From positions 802 to 64,801 of the IMG/VR virus record IMGVR_UViG_3300046007_004004: a stretch of DNA of 64,000 nt; one strand, 5' to 3'. A model generated the notes under the pieces. That model did not search any database and was not told the origin of the DNA. It saw only the letters and a list, made by a program, of their open reading frames with translations. The translations under genes were made by a program, and so were the position numbers. Positions 20,520 to 28,934 of this stretch are shown here, piece after piece (the stretch's first letter is position 1; each line of letters opens with the position of its first letter). Source of the stretch: a virus (taxonomy: Duplodnaviria > Caudoviricetes).

Positions 20520-20737
20520 TCTTCAACTCCAAAATGTTTCAAAACATAATGACCAGGAGTGTAAGATTGATATTGATTTATTGTTGCAATAACGGCACAC
20601 TCTTTGATAATCAACTCGGCGAACTTTTCTAATTCCTTCTGTGTGATGAAATAGATTGGTTCAGGTTCTAATGCCAAATCGTCATCAAATTCTAAACCAG
20701 CCTGTTCAGCAAGTTCTTTGATTCGTTCGTTCATCAC
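20516..20737 (-). CDS. MNERI/FAELIV/HFGVE scaffold protein 2
   Basis: Three conserved blocks. Confidence 0.75.
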   Translation of the reverse strand: MMNERIKELAEQAGLEFDDDLALEPEPIYFITQKELEKFAELIIKECAVIATINQYQSYTPGHYVLKHFGVEE

Positions 20738-20961
20738 ACTCTCACAAAATCAATATTTTCAACGGCTTCAGATTCAAACACGTTGTCCATGTTCCGCCCA
20801 TCACTGCCTGTGCTCAAATAAAACTTCATATTTGGCATGCGCGAGGCATAAACAATATCGCCTTTCTTCACTCCTGCGCGTCGAAATGTTTTCAATGACT
20901 TTGCTTGAAACACAACCAAAAAGTCTTCGGGCAATTCGTCGTAACTATAGAAACCCATCAC
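20734..20961 (-). CDS. small hypothetical protein (array cassette)
   Basis: Starts at a junction ATG. Confidence 0.55.
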   Translation of the reverse strand: MMGFYSYDELPEDFLVVFQAKSLKTFRRAGVKKGDIVYASRMPNMKFYLSTGSDGRNMDNVFESEAVENIDFVRV

Positions 20962-21179
20962 GCCACTCCAAAATGTTCTTTAATCTGGCTGGCAATGCGA
21001 TAAGCAGTATTGGTGCAACAGGCATCACCGTCAGTAATATCATCTTCACTAACTTTAGCACATTCTCTAACAATCAACTCGGCGAACTTTTCATAATCAA
21101 ACTCTGGACGGCTACCATATTCATAACTACCAGTTTCAATACTGCACCGAATAGCAAGTTGTCCGATTCGTTTGTTCAT
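20958..21179 (-). CDS. MNERI/FAELIV/HFGVE scaffold protein 3
   Basis: Three conserved blocks. Confidence 0.75.
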   Translation of the reverse strand: MNKRIGQLAIRCSIETGSYEYGSRPEFDYEKFAELIVRECAKVSEDDITDGDACCTNTAYRIASQIKEHFGVA

Positions 21180-21403
21180 TTTCTATCCAATCCATTCCAA
21201 CATGTAATCAACTGATCTTGTGCGTTACGCATGTACCAGAAATCAGCATTGAGGGATAGTTCCATTCCACAATGTTCATCCTTGTCTTTAGTACATTCTA
21301 TATAAAGTGTCTGCCAGTCTTTACCGTAACACTCAATAGTACCACTAGCATCTAAACGAGCAGATGAACCACACATTGGACAAGGTAGAATTTCTTCGTT
21401 CAT
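21176..21403 (-). CDS. Lar (restriction alleviation)-like Zn-ribbon protein
   Basis: LPCPMCGS...IEC...CG...ITCWN pattern. Confidence 0.6.
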   Translation of the reverse strand: MNEEILPCPMCGSSARLDASGTIECYGKDWQTLYIECTKDKDEHCGMELSLNADFWYMRNAQDQLITCWNGLDRK

Positions 21404-21663
21404 TGTTCAACTCCGAAATGTTTCTTCAACTCTTTGCCAGCATAAGCCACAGCACTATTCCAACCTTGGCTATGTGGATCTTGCGGAATATGTCCTTTGT
21501 CCATTACAACCATTCCATTTACCCTGTTAGCGCATTCTTGTACAATCAATTCGGCAAACTTTTCACTCATACACATAGCCCACTCAACAATGTCGCTGGG
21601 ATATTTTTCCTTGGCATAGCGTGCAGCCATTACATGTAGTTCATTCATTCGTTCGTTCATCAC
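21400..21663 (-). CDS. MNERI/FAELIV/HFGVE scaffold protein 4
   Basis: Three conserved blocks. Confidence 0.75.
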   Translation of the reverse strand: MMNERMNELHVMAARYAKEKYPSDIVEWAMCMSEKFAELIVQECANRVNGMVVMDKGHIPQDPHSQGWNSAVAYAGKELKKHFGVEQ

Positions 21664-21869
21664 CCAACTCCCTTTATCAACAAAACCAAAATAAGCGATC
21701 CAACTGCCAGAATTGGCAATTGCAAAGTCCCAATGACCAACACCTTATGATAGGTGGTCATATCCTTCCATCGACCAGGTCGCTTCAATCGACCTTTAAT
21801 ATCTTCTCGCACGAACAGAAAATAACAAATCATTGACACGACAAAGCATACGGCAAAAAGCAATTTCAT
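21660..21869 (-). CDS. 2-TM membrane protein, paralog of 20304-20519
   Basis: Sequence similarity to 20304-20519. Confidence 0.65.
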   Translation of the reverse strand: MKLLFAVCFVVSMICYFLFVREDIKGRLKRPGRWKDMTTYHKVLVIGTLQLPILAVGSLILVLLIKGVG

Positions 21870-22015
21870 TCTTCAACTCCAAAATTTTGTTTCAGCCCAC
21901 AATGCGGACAATATAATTCCTTCGGCTTCCAATCATCTACTGCTGCAATGCTCCACCAATTACGGCAACTGTCGCAAACGAAATGCCATATCGTTTCTTT
22001 ACTGATATTAGCCAC
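21866..22015 (-). CDS. 49-aa Zn-ribbon protein ending NFGVEE (not in ORF track)
   Basis: Manual translation MANISKETIWHFVCDSCRNWWSIAAVDDWKPKELYCPHCGLKQNFGVEE. Confidence 0.6.
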   Translation of the reverse strand: MANISKETIWHFVCDSCRNWWSIAAVDDWKPKELYCPHCGLKQNFGVEE

Positions 22016-22427
22016 GGCGCATCCTACTGATATCCTTCATCTGCTCTTCGTCAATCACTGGAACAGCATTACTCTTGTGCATGGTAGCAATGCCCTTGAC
22101 AAGTGTACCAGTATACTTCAATGGTTCACGCTTGTTAGTATTACCAGCAACAATACCGAGGCTCTGATGTTGTACGCGATCAACATAGCGTGGGTGAGTA
22201 GTTGTGCTAGCCTGTAATGTCTTGAACACAGGCTTATCTAACTTGACCTTACCAAGACGGTTATCGCAATACTCGTCAAAGGTAATCTTAGGCATACCCT
22301 GCGACTTACGCAACTTGTTGTCAGCCATCCAGTCAAACTCCCACTCTTCACGCTTACGCTTGGTAAGTTTGAAGGTTGACTTGCGTGTGCTAAGGCTGGA
22401 TAGACCGCGTTGTAGATGCATCGTCAT
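22008..22427 (-). CDS. conserved T4-like-phage hypothetical protein
   Basis: YTGTLVKGIATMHKSNAVPV...ISRMRR. Confidence 0.7.
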   Translation of the reverse strand: MTMHLQRGLSSLSTRKSTFKLTKRKREEWEFDWMADNKLRKSQGMPKITFDEYCDNRLGKVKLDKPVFKTLQASTTTHPRYVDRVQHQSLGIVAGNTNKREPLKYTGTLVKGIATMHKSNAVPVIDEEQMKDISRMRRG

Positions 22428-22436
22428 GTTTATATC

Positions 22437-22685
22437 TTACTCTAGTTCAGTATCAGTGTCAAGTTCACTTACCCTTTCCTTGACATCATCCATAATCTCT
22501 AAAATATCCTGGTTGTCGATGACCTCAAAATCATAAAATTCTATCAGTGCCTTGATGATGCGTATGTCGCGTTCATTGATGACAGTAATATCACGCTGTC
22601 CTATATCGTCCAAATATTCAATGAGTGCATCAAGCATACGCACATACTTTTTTTGCCACTCGGGTTCTATATATTCAGATGTCAT
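22437..22685 (-). CDS. small acidic hypothetical protein
   Basis: ORF in operon. Confidence 0.55.
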   Translation of the reverse strand: MTSEYIEPEWQKKYVRMLDALIEYLDDIGQRDITVINERDIRIIKALIEFYDFEVIDNQDILEIMDDVKERVSELDTDTELE

Positions 22686-22688
22686 AAC

Positions 22689-23018
22689 TTATTTTAGCAC
22701 TTCATCAAGGTGTTTACAATAGTTACGGAAAGTAAAGCCCGGGCAAGTACAGGTTTTCAGATCGGGGTCTACCCAATATGTATTGCCCTTGCTGCCACTT
22801 ACCTTGATGAGGTTACTCTCGACCTTAACCTTGAAGGGATTCTGTTCCAGTTCGATGAAAGTACGACCACGACGATCCAAATTGAGTGGCTTATTGAGCG
22901 TGATGATCTTAGTAGTGCCCTTGGGTATGTACGATACGATCTTGCTACCGTCCATGAGGTAAGTATGATTGGGCTGAATGCCGCTCTTCCAAACTGTAGT
23001 TTCTTGAATCGCAATCAT
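22689..23018 (-). CDS. SWIM zinc-finger protein
   Basis: GSKGNTY.V...CTCPGFTFRNYCKH. Confidence 0.85.
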   Translation of the reverse strand: MIAIQETTVWKSGIQPNHTYLMDGSKIVSYIPKGTTKIITLNKPLNLDRRGRTFIELEQNPFKVKVESNLIKVSGSKGNTYWVDPDLKTCTCPGFTFRNYCKHLDEVLK

Positions 23019-23039
23019 ACATCACCTATATAAAAAGAT

Positions 23040-23083
23040 GGGGGACTTGAACGCTTCATTGAAGCAAGGGCGCCCCCAGACCC
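23040..23083 (-). ncRNA. candidate H-type pseudoknot motif, copy B
   Basis: GGGU/GCCC stem; loop GGGGG pairs with CCCCC; inserted GCUUC/GAAGC hairpin. Confidence 0.45.
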
Positions 23084-23085
23084 AA

Positions 23086-23535
23086 TCACGAACCAGTAGC
23101 TAGTAACAGAGCGTCACCACTCTTACGAAAGTCCTCGATGAACACATGATGGTCGTCGCCACTATCACGGATGCAAGCATTAGCCGCGACATAGAGAGCG
23201 GCCCAAGTGTTACCATTGATAGCCGTTGTCACGACACCATTGCCCCAATGATCCTTGTAGGATACATACTTAGCACCCTCGTAGGGATGCGGCTCATTGA
23301 GATTGTCAACCTCGGTCACAGACCAAATCGCATCAAGACCAAGATCCTTCTTGACCTGACTATAGTGGTCGTACTTACGATCACTAATCTGTCGCTCCTG
23401 CTCATAAGCACCCTTGAGCGCACCACGAATAGCCTCGACCAGTGATTGCACCTCGGGCTTATCGATCTGACCCAAATCATACAGGGCGTTGTGAATCGTC
23501 TCAAACTCACTAGCAGTCAAACTAACCGGAACCAT
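23086..23535 (-). CDS. early hypothetical protein
   Basis: SD AAGGAG; own sigma70 promoter; GDDHHVFIEDF. Confidence 0.7.
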   Translation of the reverse strand: MVPVSLTASEFETIHNALYDLGQIDKPEVQSLVEAIRGALKGAYEQERQISDRKYDHYSQVKKDLGLDAIWSVTEVDNLNEPHPYEGAKYVSYKDHWGNGVVTTAINGNTWAALYVAANACIRDSGDDHHVFIEDFRKSGDALLLATGS

Positions 23536-23565
23536 AAAATATCTCCTTGAATCAACTATAGATAT

Positions 23566-23594
23566 ATGGTAACACAATGCTACCCAAATGTCAA
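23566..23594 (-). promoter_or_regulatory. early sigma70 promoter (repeat family)
   Basis: TTGACA-17-TACCAT followed by atatctatagttgat. Confidence 0.85.
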
Positions 23595-23600
23595 GCCTTA

Positions 23601-23858
23601 TTACGCGAATTCGTAAAATTTCACAGACGGGTCGAGGGCTTTGAGTTCCTGAGCAGCCTTCGTCAACTCATTGTAAAGTGCCTGAACCTGACTACGCGGA
23701 CGCTCGCCATCGCAGGTCAGATTTTCGGGGCTAAGGTCGCTGTCAATGCTGTTAGCGATTTTCTGACGATCCTGGGCGTTATTCAGATCCAGGGGCTTGC
23801 CACCGAAAAACTTGTTCCAGTCATTCTTGCGGGCAACATAATTCTGAAGTGTTCGCAT
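23601..23858 (-). CDS. early hypothetical protein
   Basis: DLSPENLTCDGE motif; SD GGAG. Confidence 0.7.
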   Translation of the reverse strand: MRTLQNYVARKNDWNKFFGGKPLDLNNAQDRQKIANSIDSDLSPENLTCDGERPRSQVQALYNELTKAAQELKALDPSVKFYEFA

Positions 23859-23887
23859 ATCAATCTCCGTTCGTTCAGTATGTAGAT

Positions 23888-23970
23888 ATTATGCGCCCAA
23901 ACTAGCCCAAAGTCAACAACTATAATTCCATATAAATCAATAACTTACACGCCCTCGTAAGTTATTGATT
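23888..23970 (-). promoter_or_regulatory. early sigma70 promoter with inverted pair of IHF boxes
   Basis: TTGACT-17-CATAAT; AATCAATAACTTA at 23935-23947 and inverted at 23958-23970 match WATCAANNNNTTR. Confidence 0.8.
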
Positions 23971-23987
23971 TTATTAGGGTTATTATT

Positions 23988-24587
23988 TTACTCGGATTTG
24001 GGGCGTTTTTCTAGCACACTATCAACTAGACCGTAGTCTAGGGCCTGCTGGGCACTCATAAAGAAATCGCGTTCCATGTCCTTAGCAAGTTCCTCATAGG
24101 TCTTGCCCACGCTGTTGTGCTTGACATAGATATTGGTTAGGTTCTTTTTCATCTCAAGTATCTCACGCACTTGAATTTCCATATCAGTCGCTTGACCTCT
24201 AGCACCGCCCGACGGCTGGTGAATCATGTGACGAGCATTTGGAAGAATCATACGTTTACCCTTAGCACCTGCTTGTGCAAGCAAACTGCCCATGCTGCAT
24301 GCCTGACCCATTACAATCGTTGTAACATCTGGCTGAATGAATTGAATAGCATCGTAAATCGCCATGCCCGCCGTCACGCTCCCGCCCGGGCTATTGATAT
24401 AAAGACTGATATCCTTTTCAGGATTTTCGCTTTCAAGATATAGTAATTGGGCTACAATCAAATTTGCCATCTGATCATGAACCTCGCCTTCAAGCAAGAT
24501 CACACGGTCGCGCAATAATCGACTATAGATATCATAACTACGCTCGCCGCGGCTAGTTTGTTCCAACACCATAGGTACAAGGTTCAT
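23988..24587 (-). CDS. clpP: ATP-dependent Clp protease proteolytic subunit
   Basis: [32 protein letters not shown]. Confidence 0.97.
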   Translation of the reverse strand: MNLVPMVLEQTSRGERSYDIYSRLLRDRVILLEGEVHDQMANLIVAQLLYLESENPEKDISLYINSPGGSVTAGMAIYDAIQFIQPDVTTIVMGQACSMGSLLAQAGAKGKRMILPNARHMIHQPSGGARGQATDMEIQVREILEMKKNLTNIYVKHNSVGKTYEELAKDMERDFFMSAQQALDYGLVDSVLEKRPKSE

Positions 24588-24649
24588 ATAAACTCCTATA
24601 AAATAAAATCAATTATATGTTATATAATTAGAAAAAGCAATACTTACGG

Positions 24650-26176
24650 TTACTTTCTTTTTTCTCTACCGATACCTGTAGTAGTTTTTGGCTTCATGCT
24701 GATTGGCTTACTTGTACCCTGTGCAATTTGTTTTGCTGCTTTGGCTAAATTAATATCGGGTGTAGTTTTCTTTGCGCTTGGTTCGCTATTATCTTCTTTT
24801 GGTTTACCTGTGCCTCTATCGATCTTAAATGTAAAGTTACCTTTTATACCTGTGCTAAAATAGTTTTTGCTTGCTGATAGATAGACACCTTTGATGCTTT
24901 CGCCGGGATATACAGTATCAAAACTTTGCAATACCCAACTATCCTTATCTTGTTTTGCTTTTGTATATACCTGAACTAATGCACCGTTGTTTAATATATC
25001 AGATGCAGCCTTGCTAAAATCTGTTTTGTCATTGACTTCGATTGCTGCCAGTGTAGCAACACTTGCCAATAAGTGATAAAAGAGATTGACACTTTCTGGA
25101 TTATCACTATCACGACCTTTTGCAAGTTTAGTCAAATTTTTACCTAAATTCATTTTGTCGATATCTTTTAGGTTTATAGGCTTCGTATTACGCAATCTCA
25201 AAATAGTATCAGCTTCATCTTGCGTGATGATATCATACTTCACACCAAGATATAATGGCGCTTTCACTTGACCTTGATTTTGTATTTCGCGCATCAAATC
25301 AATACTATCTTTATAATTTTTTATTAGTTTTCTACCAGCAGGCGTCTCGCTCAACTCATTTACGCTATCTATAAGATTTTTAGCACTTGCTTGCGCACCT
25401 TTGCCGCCTTTAGTGCTGACCTTGACAGTCTTGCCTTCATTACTAGTCAATATGCTATCGCTAAGACCTGCGTTCTTCGCGCTGTCGAATGATATCAATG
25501 TGCCAGCGAAACTACCACCTAGAAAGATTTCTGCTGCTTCGCCTGCATTACCTGTGTATGAACCAACTTGCAATGCCATTGGTTGTAATATCTCACAGAA
25601 GTAATCTCTGAATCCAGTAAAACTAACTCCTTGCGGTATATCAAAACGAATGGGAAATTTCTCACCCTGTGCTATGCGTTTAGCAAGAATAGTCAACGAA
25701 TTGTTCGGTCCTAATTTAGGATTTTCTTCTAGTTGAGCAATTATATCTGCGCTAGTTAGATTATCTCGCTTTGTTAATAAATCTTGCGGAGTAAGTCCCG
25801 ATTGTATTTTTTCAGCAGCTCTACCGGCAAATCTATAACCAGCAACTTCATTAGGTATATAATTACTTGTTGGATCAGGTTTTATATTATCTTTAAAAAA
25901 CCCATATTGAATCTCACCATCACTAGTGTTGAATGTCGCTACAGCTACACCGCCGGTCTTGTTAGTTTTATTGTTTTGCCATTTTACATTTGCTAATTGT
26001 CTTAATAATGCTTCTAGTTGAGATTGTTCAAATTTCCCGCCCTCGCGAGGATAAAATTCAATATTGTTGAAAACTATCTCGTCGCCGTTAGCATTTTTAA
26101 ATTTATCTCCCGGCTTCCTTCCAGCAAGACCGGTACTTTCAGAAAGAACAGTTATGGTGTCTAATAAATCGCGCAT
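24650..26176 (-). CDS. large protein with MRDLLDTITVLSE leader and PD-(D/E)xK-like nuclease motifs
   Basis: DYFCEIL...LSDSIL...VKVSTKG. Confidence 0.5.
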   Translation of the reverse strand: MRDLLDTITVLSESTGLAGRKPGDKFKNANGDEIVFNNIEFYPREGGKFEQSQLEALLRQLANVKWQNNKTNKTGGVAVATFNTSDGEIQYGFFKDNIKPDPTSNYIPNEVAGYRFAGRAAEKIQSGLTPQDLLTKRDNLTSADIIAQLEENPKLGPNNSLTILAKRIAQGEKFPIRFDIPQGVSFTGFRDYFCEILQPMALQVGSYTGNAGEAAEIFLGGSFAGTLISFDSAKNAGLSDSILTSNEGKTVKVSTKGGKGAQASAKNLIDSVNELSETPAGRKLIKNYKDSIDLMREIQNQGQVKAPLYLGVKYDIITQDEADTILRLRNTKPINLKDIDKMNLGKNLTKLAKGRDSDNPESVNLFYHLLASVATLAAIEVNDKTDFSKAASDILNNGALVQVYTKAKQDKDSWVLQSFDTVYPGESIKGVYLSASKNYFSTGIKGNFTFKIDRGTGKPKEDNSEPSAKKTTPDINLAKAAKQIAQGTSKPISMKPKTTTGIGREKRK

Positions 26177-26191
26177 AATATAGTATTTAGT

Positions 26192-26680
26192 TTAAACTTG
26201 GGTAACGTCCTGTTTCTTAAACCAGTGATGGTCTTTTAATGTGTTTTGTTTAAGTGCGATACCATATTTTGCTAACTTTTTACGCCAAATATAAAATGTA
26301 GGACCATGGCTCATATGTCTAGGCAATCCTCTTTGTACGCGAATATTGCTGTAAACATCCCATTGGTACTGATGTACCATTTCATGTGCTAATGTAGATA
26401 TAAACCATTGACGGCAATAATAACGATCTGCTAGATGTATGGTACAGTAACTTTTAGTCTTGCGTATAGGACCCTCTGCCCCGCTACACATACCTATAGC
26501 ATCATATAATCTACATAAAACAAATTTGGGCATAGGTAATCGATTATAGAATATTTCACGGTTTATTAGCCTAAAAAGTGCTTTTACTTCCTTCATTTTG
26601 GGTCGATATGGCTTGCTACGCTGTAAACTCTTCCCGGGAAGCGGCTCATCCATGAGCTTTTTAAGGTCTCTAAAGCGCAT
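26192..26680 (-). CDS. SprT-like metalloprotease
   Basis: TLAHEMVHQYQ...SHGPTF; start MRFRDL 5 nt after TAAATA. Confidence 0.85.
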   Translation of the reverse strand: MRFRDLKKLMDEPLPGKSLQRSKPYRPKMKEVKALFRLINREIFYNRLPMPKFVLCRLYDAIGMCSGAEGPIRKTKSYCTIHLADRYYCRQWFISTLAHEMVHQYQWDVYSNIRVQRGLPRHMSHGPTFYIWRKKLAKYGIALKQNTLKDHHWFKKQDVTQV

Positions 26681-26750
26681 ATCCGTATTTAACATATAAA
26701 AAATAATAGTATTATATTTTGGTAGTAAATACATTTTTAGGAGAAACATA

Positions 26751-27033
26751 TATGTTATGGTTATTATTAGGATTAGTCGCAGTCGGTGCTTTCATTTGGT
26801 GGGTAAACCGTGATGAAAAGATTGACGCAAATGACGATGGAAATGTAGATGTAGCAGAAGCTAAGGCAGCAGTTGAAAAGGCTGTCGCTGAAGCAAAGAA
26901 ATTAGCAGACGTAAACAAAGACGGTAAGGTTGATGTCGCTGACGTTAAAGAAGCAGGCAAGAAGGTCAAGGCTGGAGCAAAGAAGGCTGCAGGTAAGGCA
27001 AAGGCTGCTGTTAAGAAAGTAAAGAAAGCCTAA
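26751..27033 (+). CDS. membrane-anchored protein with two EF-hand-like loops and K/A-rich tail
   Basis: DANDDGNVD and DVNKDGKVD; SD AGGAG; TAAATA upstream. Confidence 0.7.
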
Positions 27034-27041
27034 TACTTTAA

Positions 27042-27725
27042 ATGGTAGACATAGGATTTGATATTATCGGGGATCTTAATTTAGAACCCGAAGATAGTTT
27101 TGATTGGGAAGGAAAACCAACAAGCCTATACTGCATAATAGCAGGTAATATCAGTAATGATTTAAGGACGATATATCAGACTTTAAGTCATTTAAATAAA
27201 TTCTATCAAGGCATATTATACATACCGGGTCTCCTTGAATATAAAGGTCATGATTATGACGTTCGTACCAAGGAGATATCGGTATTGTGTAAAAAGCTTC
27301 CTAAGGTTGCATTACTATATCAGCATGTTGTGATAATAGATGGCATAGCAATTGTCGGTGCCAATTGTTATAATGCTGACAATCCGGACGACATCGATTC
27401 AGAATTAGTTAGACATCGATTAAATGATATTGCTTACCTTAATAAAAGCGTAAGTAAATTACAAACACATTTAGACGTTAAAAAAATAATTATCGTAACG
27501 TCTTGTATACCTCGACGCCAATTGTATTTTGGTAAAATACCTGATCACGTAGAGGATCATATCTATCCTGATTATTGTTTGATGTCCGACACTGAGATGA
27601 AGATAACTCATTGGATATTCGGCGGCGTCGAATCCTTTACAGATACGGTAATAGGGGCTGTGAAATATATTAACAACCCCTATTATAAAAAAAGACCTTA
27701 TTGGCCTAAACGTTTTATCGTTTAA
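27042..27725 (+). CDS. degenerate (probably inactive) metallophosphoesterase
   Basis: GDLNL, AGNI, PGLLEY and WIFGG align with MPE motifs but lack the His/Asp ligands. Confidence 0.65.
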   Translation: MVDIGFDIIGDLNLEPEDSFDWEGKPTSLYCIIAGNISNDLRTIYQTLSHLNKFYQGILYIPGLLEYKGHDYDVRTKEISVLCKKLPKVALLYQHVVIIDGIAIVGANCYNADNPDDIDSELVRHRLNDIAYLNKSVSKLQTHLDVKKIIIVTSCIPRRQLYFGKIPDHVEDHIYPDYCLMSDTEMKITHWIFGGVESFTDTVIGAVKYINNPYYKKRPYWPKRFIV

Positions 27726-28033
27726 GCTTTCTCAGCTTCAACTTTAACTTGTAATGGATAACCTTGTGCCCTTGCATCAAGTGTTACCTCAATACCTTTT
27801 TGTTCAGCAATCTCATATGGAAGAACAGCGACTACAGCACTACCCTTTTCATGAATGTTTATAGTGATAGAACTTGCAGTATCTTGATTATAGTTAAAAT
27901 ATGTGATCAATGAAGTCACAACAAATTCCATGCTTGTAACATCATCATTGATATAAATTATCTTAAAAAGAGGCGGTTCCTGAAGAGTAAGGTTAGGCTT
28001 AATCTTTTGCTTGATTTCTGTCTTGTTTCCCAT
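27722..28033 (-). CDS. clpS: N-degron adaptor ClpS
   Basis: FKIIYINDDVTSMEFVV...IHEKGSAVV...YEIAEQK...YPL. Confidence 0.92.
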   Translation of the reverse strand: MGNKTEIKQKIKPNLTLQEPPLFKIIYINDDVTSMEFVVTSLITYFNYNQDTASSITINIHEKGSAVVAVLPYEIAEQKGIEVTLDARAQGYPLQVKVEAEKA

Positions 28034-28051
28034 ATTATATCCTCGTTAGAT

Positions 28052-28148
28052 TGTTCGCGGTCAATAGTTTGTTCTGTGTTTATCTTCTAGAACTTAAATT
28101 CAGACGCCCCGCAGGCAAGAACTGAATAAAACTTATTGACCGCGAACA
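28052..28148 (-). ncRNA. structured RNA candidate (three-way junction) in clpS leader
   Basis: 15-bp perfect inverted repeat tgttcgcggtcaata/tattgaccgcgaaca closing two internal hairpins. Confidence 0.55.
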
Positions 28149-28166
28149 TTTTATCTTACTATTATA

Positions 28167-28616
28167 TTATTTATTGTATGCAATTGCAATCTTCTTGGGC
28201 TGCAACTCTTCAGGGACTTTGCGCTCAAGTGTGATTGACAAAATGCCGCTATCGCTACTTGCATCTACCACTTCAACGTGGTCAGCAAGAGTGAAAGTGC
28301 GTGTGAAACTGCGTGAACTAATACCACGATGTAGATATTCTACAGGTGTTTCAGTCTCAGTTTCGTAACGATCACCTTCGATAGTAAGTAGGTTCTTTTC
28401 AACAGTTACCGTAATATCACCTTCACGGAAACCAGCAACAGCCAATTCAATTACAAACTTATCGTCTGTATGCTTGACTACATTATATGGGGGATAATTT
28501 TGCTGACTTTGTTGGTTACTGACTCTGAGTAGTTCATTGAACATACTGTCGAAACCTATACCAAATTTGTGAATTGACGGAACGTCAAAGGAACGTAATG
28601 TTAATGTGTTTGTCAT
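28167..28616 (-). CDS. small heat-shock protein Hsp20 (IbpA-like)
   Basis: YPPYNVVK, IELAVAGF, YLHRGIS.RSF.RTF.L, KKIAI. Confidence 0.95.
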   Translation of the reverse strand: MTNTLTLRSFDVPSIHKFGIGFDSMFNELLRVSNQQSQQNYPPYNVVKHTDDKFVIELAVAGFREGDITVTVEKNLLTIEGDRYETETETPVEYLHRGISSRSFTRTFTLADHVEVVDASSDSGILSITLERKVPEELQPKKIAIAYNK

Positions 28617-28688
28617 ATTATTTCTCCTTTTATAAGCAAGTTTATGACTAATACAGACCCGACCATCGGCATCTGTATCAAGTATTTA
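28617..28688 (-). promoter_or_regulatory. ROSE-like RNA thermometer in hsp20 5' UTR
   Basis: TAAATA, then a 5' hairpin (AUACAGA..CCGA/UCGG.UCUGUAU), then CUUGCUU pairing with AAGGAG with a bulged G. Confidence 0.65.
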
Positions 28689-28712
28689 TTATACTGGATT
28701 ATGCAAAAAATA

Positions 28713-28934
28713 TTACTTTTTATGGGTGAATGCGTTTTGCTGGGCTAATTGTTTTTGCCAGCGTTTCTTAGCCATGCTACGGGCTAATTTCTTTTCTACG
28801 CTTGGTTTTGTGTAACGCTCTCTTTTTTGTAAGTCAAGGAGCAAGCCGGATTCGGACACCTTCTTTTTAAATTTTCTAAGTGCCTTCTCTACGTTCCCGT
28901 CTTTTACTATAACTTTTCTTCCGCTTAAATTCAT
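28713..28934 (-). CDS. rpsU: ribosomal protein bS21
   Basis: NVEKALRKFKKKV...G.L.DL..RE.Y.KPS. Confidence 0.9.
   Translation of the reverse strand: MNLSGRKVIVKDGNVEKALRKFKKKVSESGLLLDLQKRERYTKPSVEKKLARSMAKKRWQKQLAQQNAFTHKK

Larger units (their letters stand above)
17905..22015 (-). repeat. mini-gene cassette array with recurrent junction (aaagaacattt)TGGAGTTGA(GTG/AGA/ACA)ATG
   Basis: Junction copies near 17915, 18710, 19680, 20300, 20518, 20960, 21403, 21660 and 21868. Confidence 0.8.

Noticed and set aside
19678-21870. CRISPR array interpretation of the repeated blocks
   Set aside because: Three different alternating degenerate repeats, irregular spacing, all in reading frame, and no cas genes in the window
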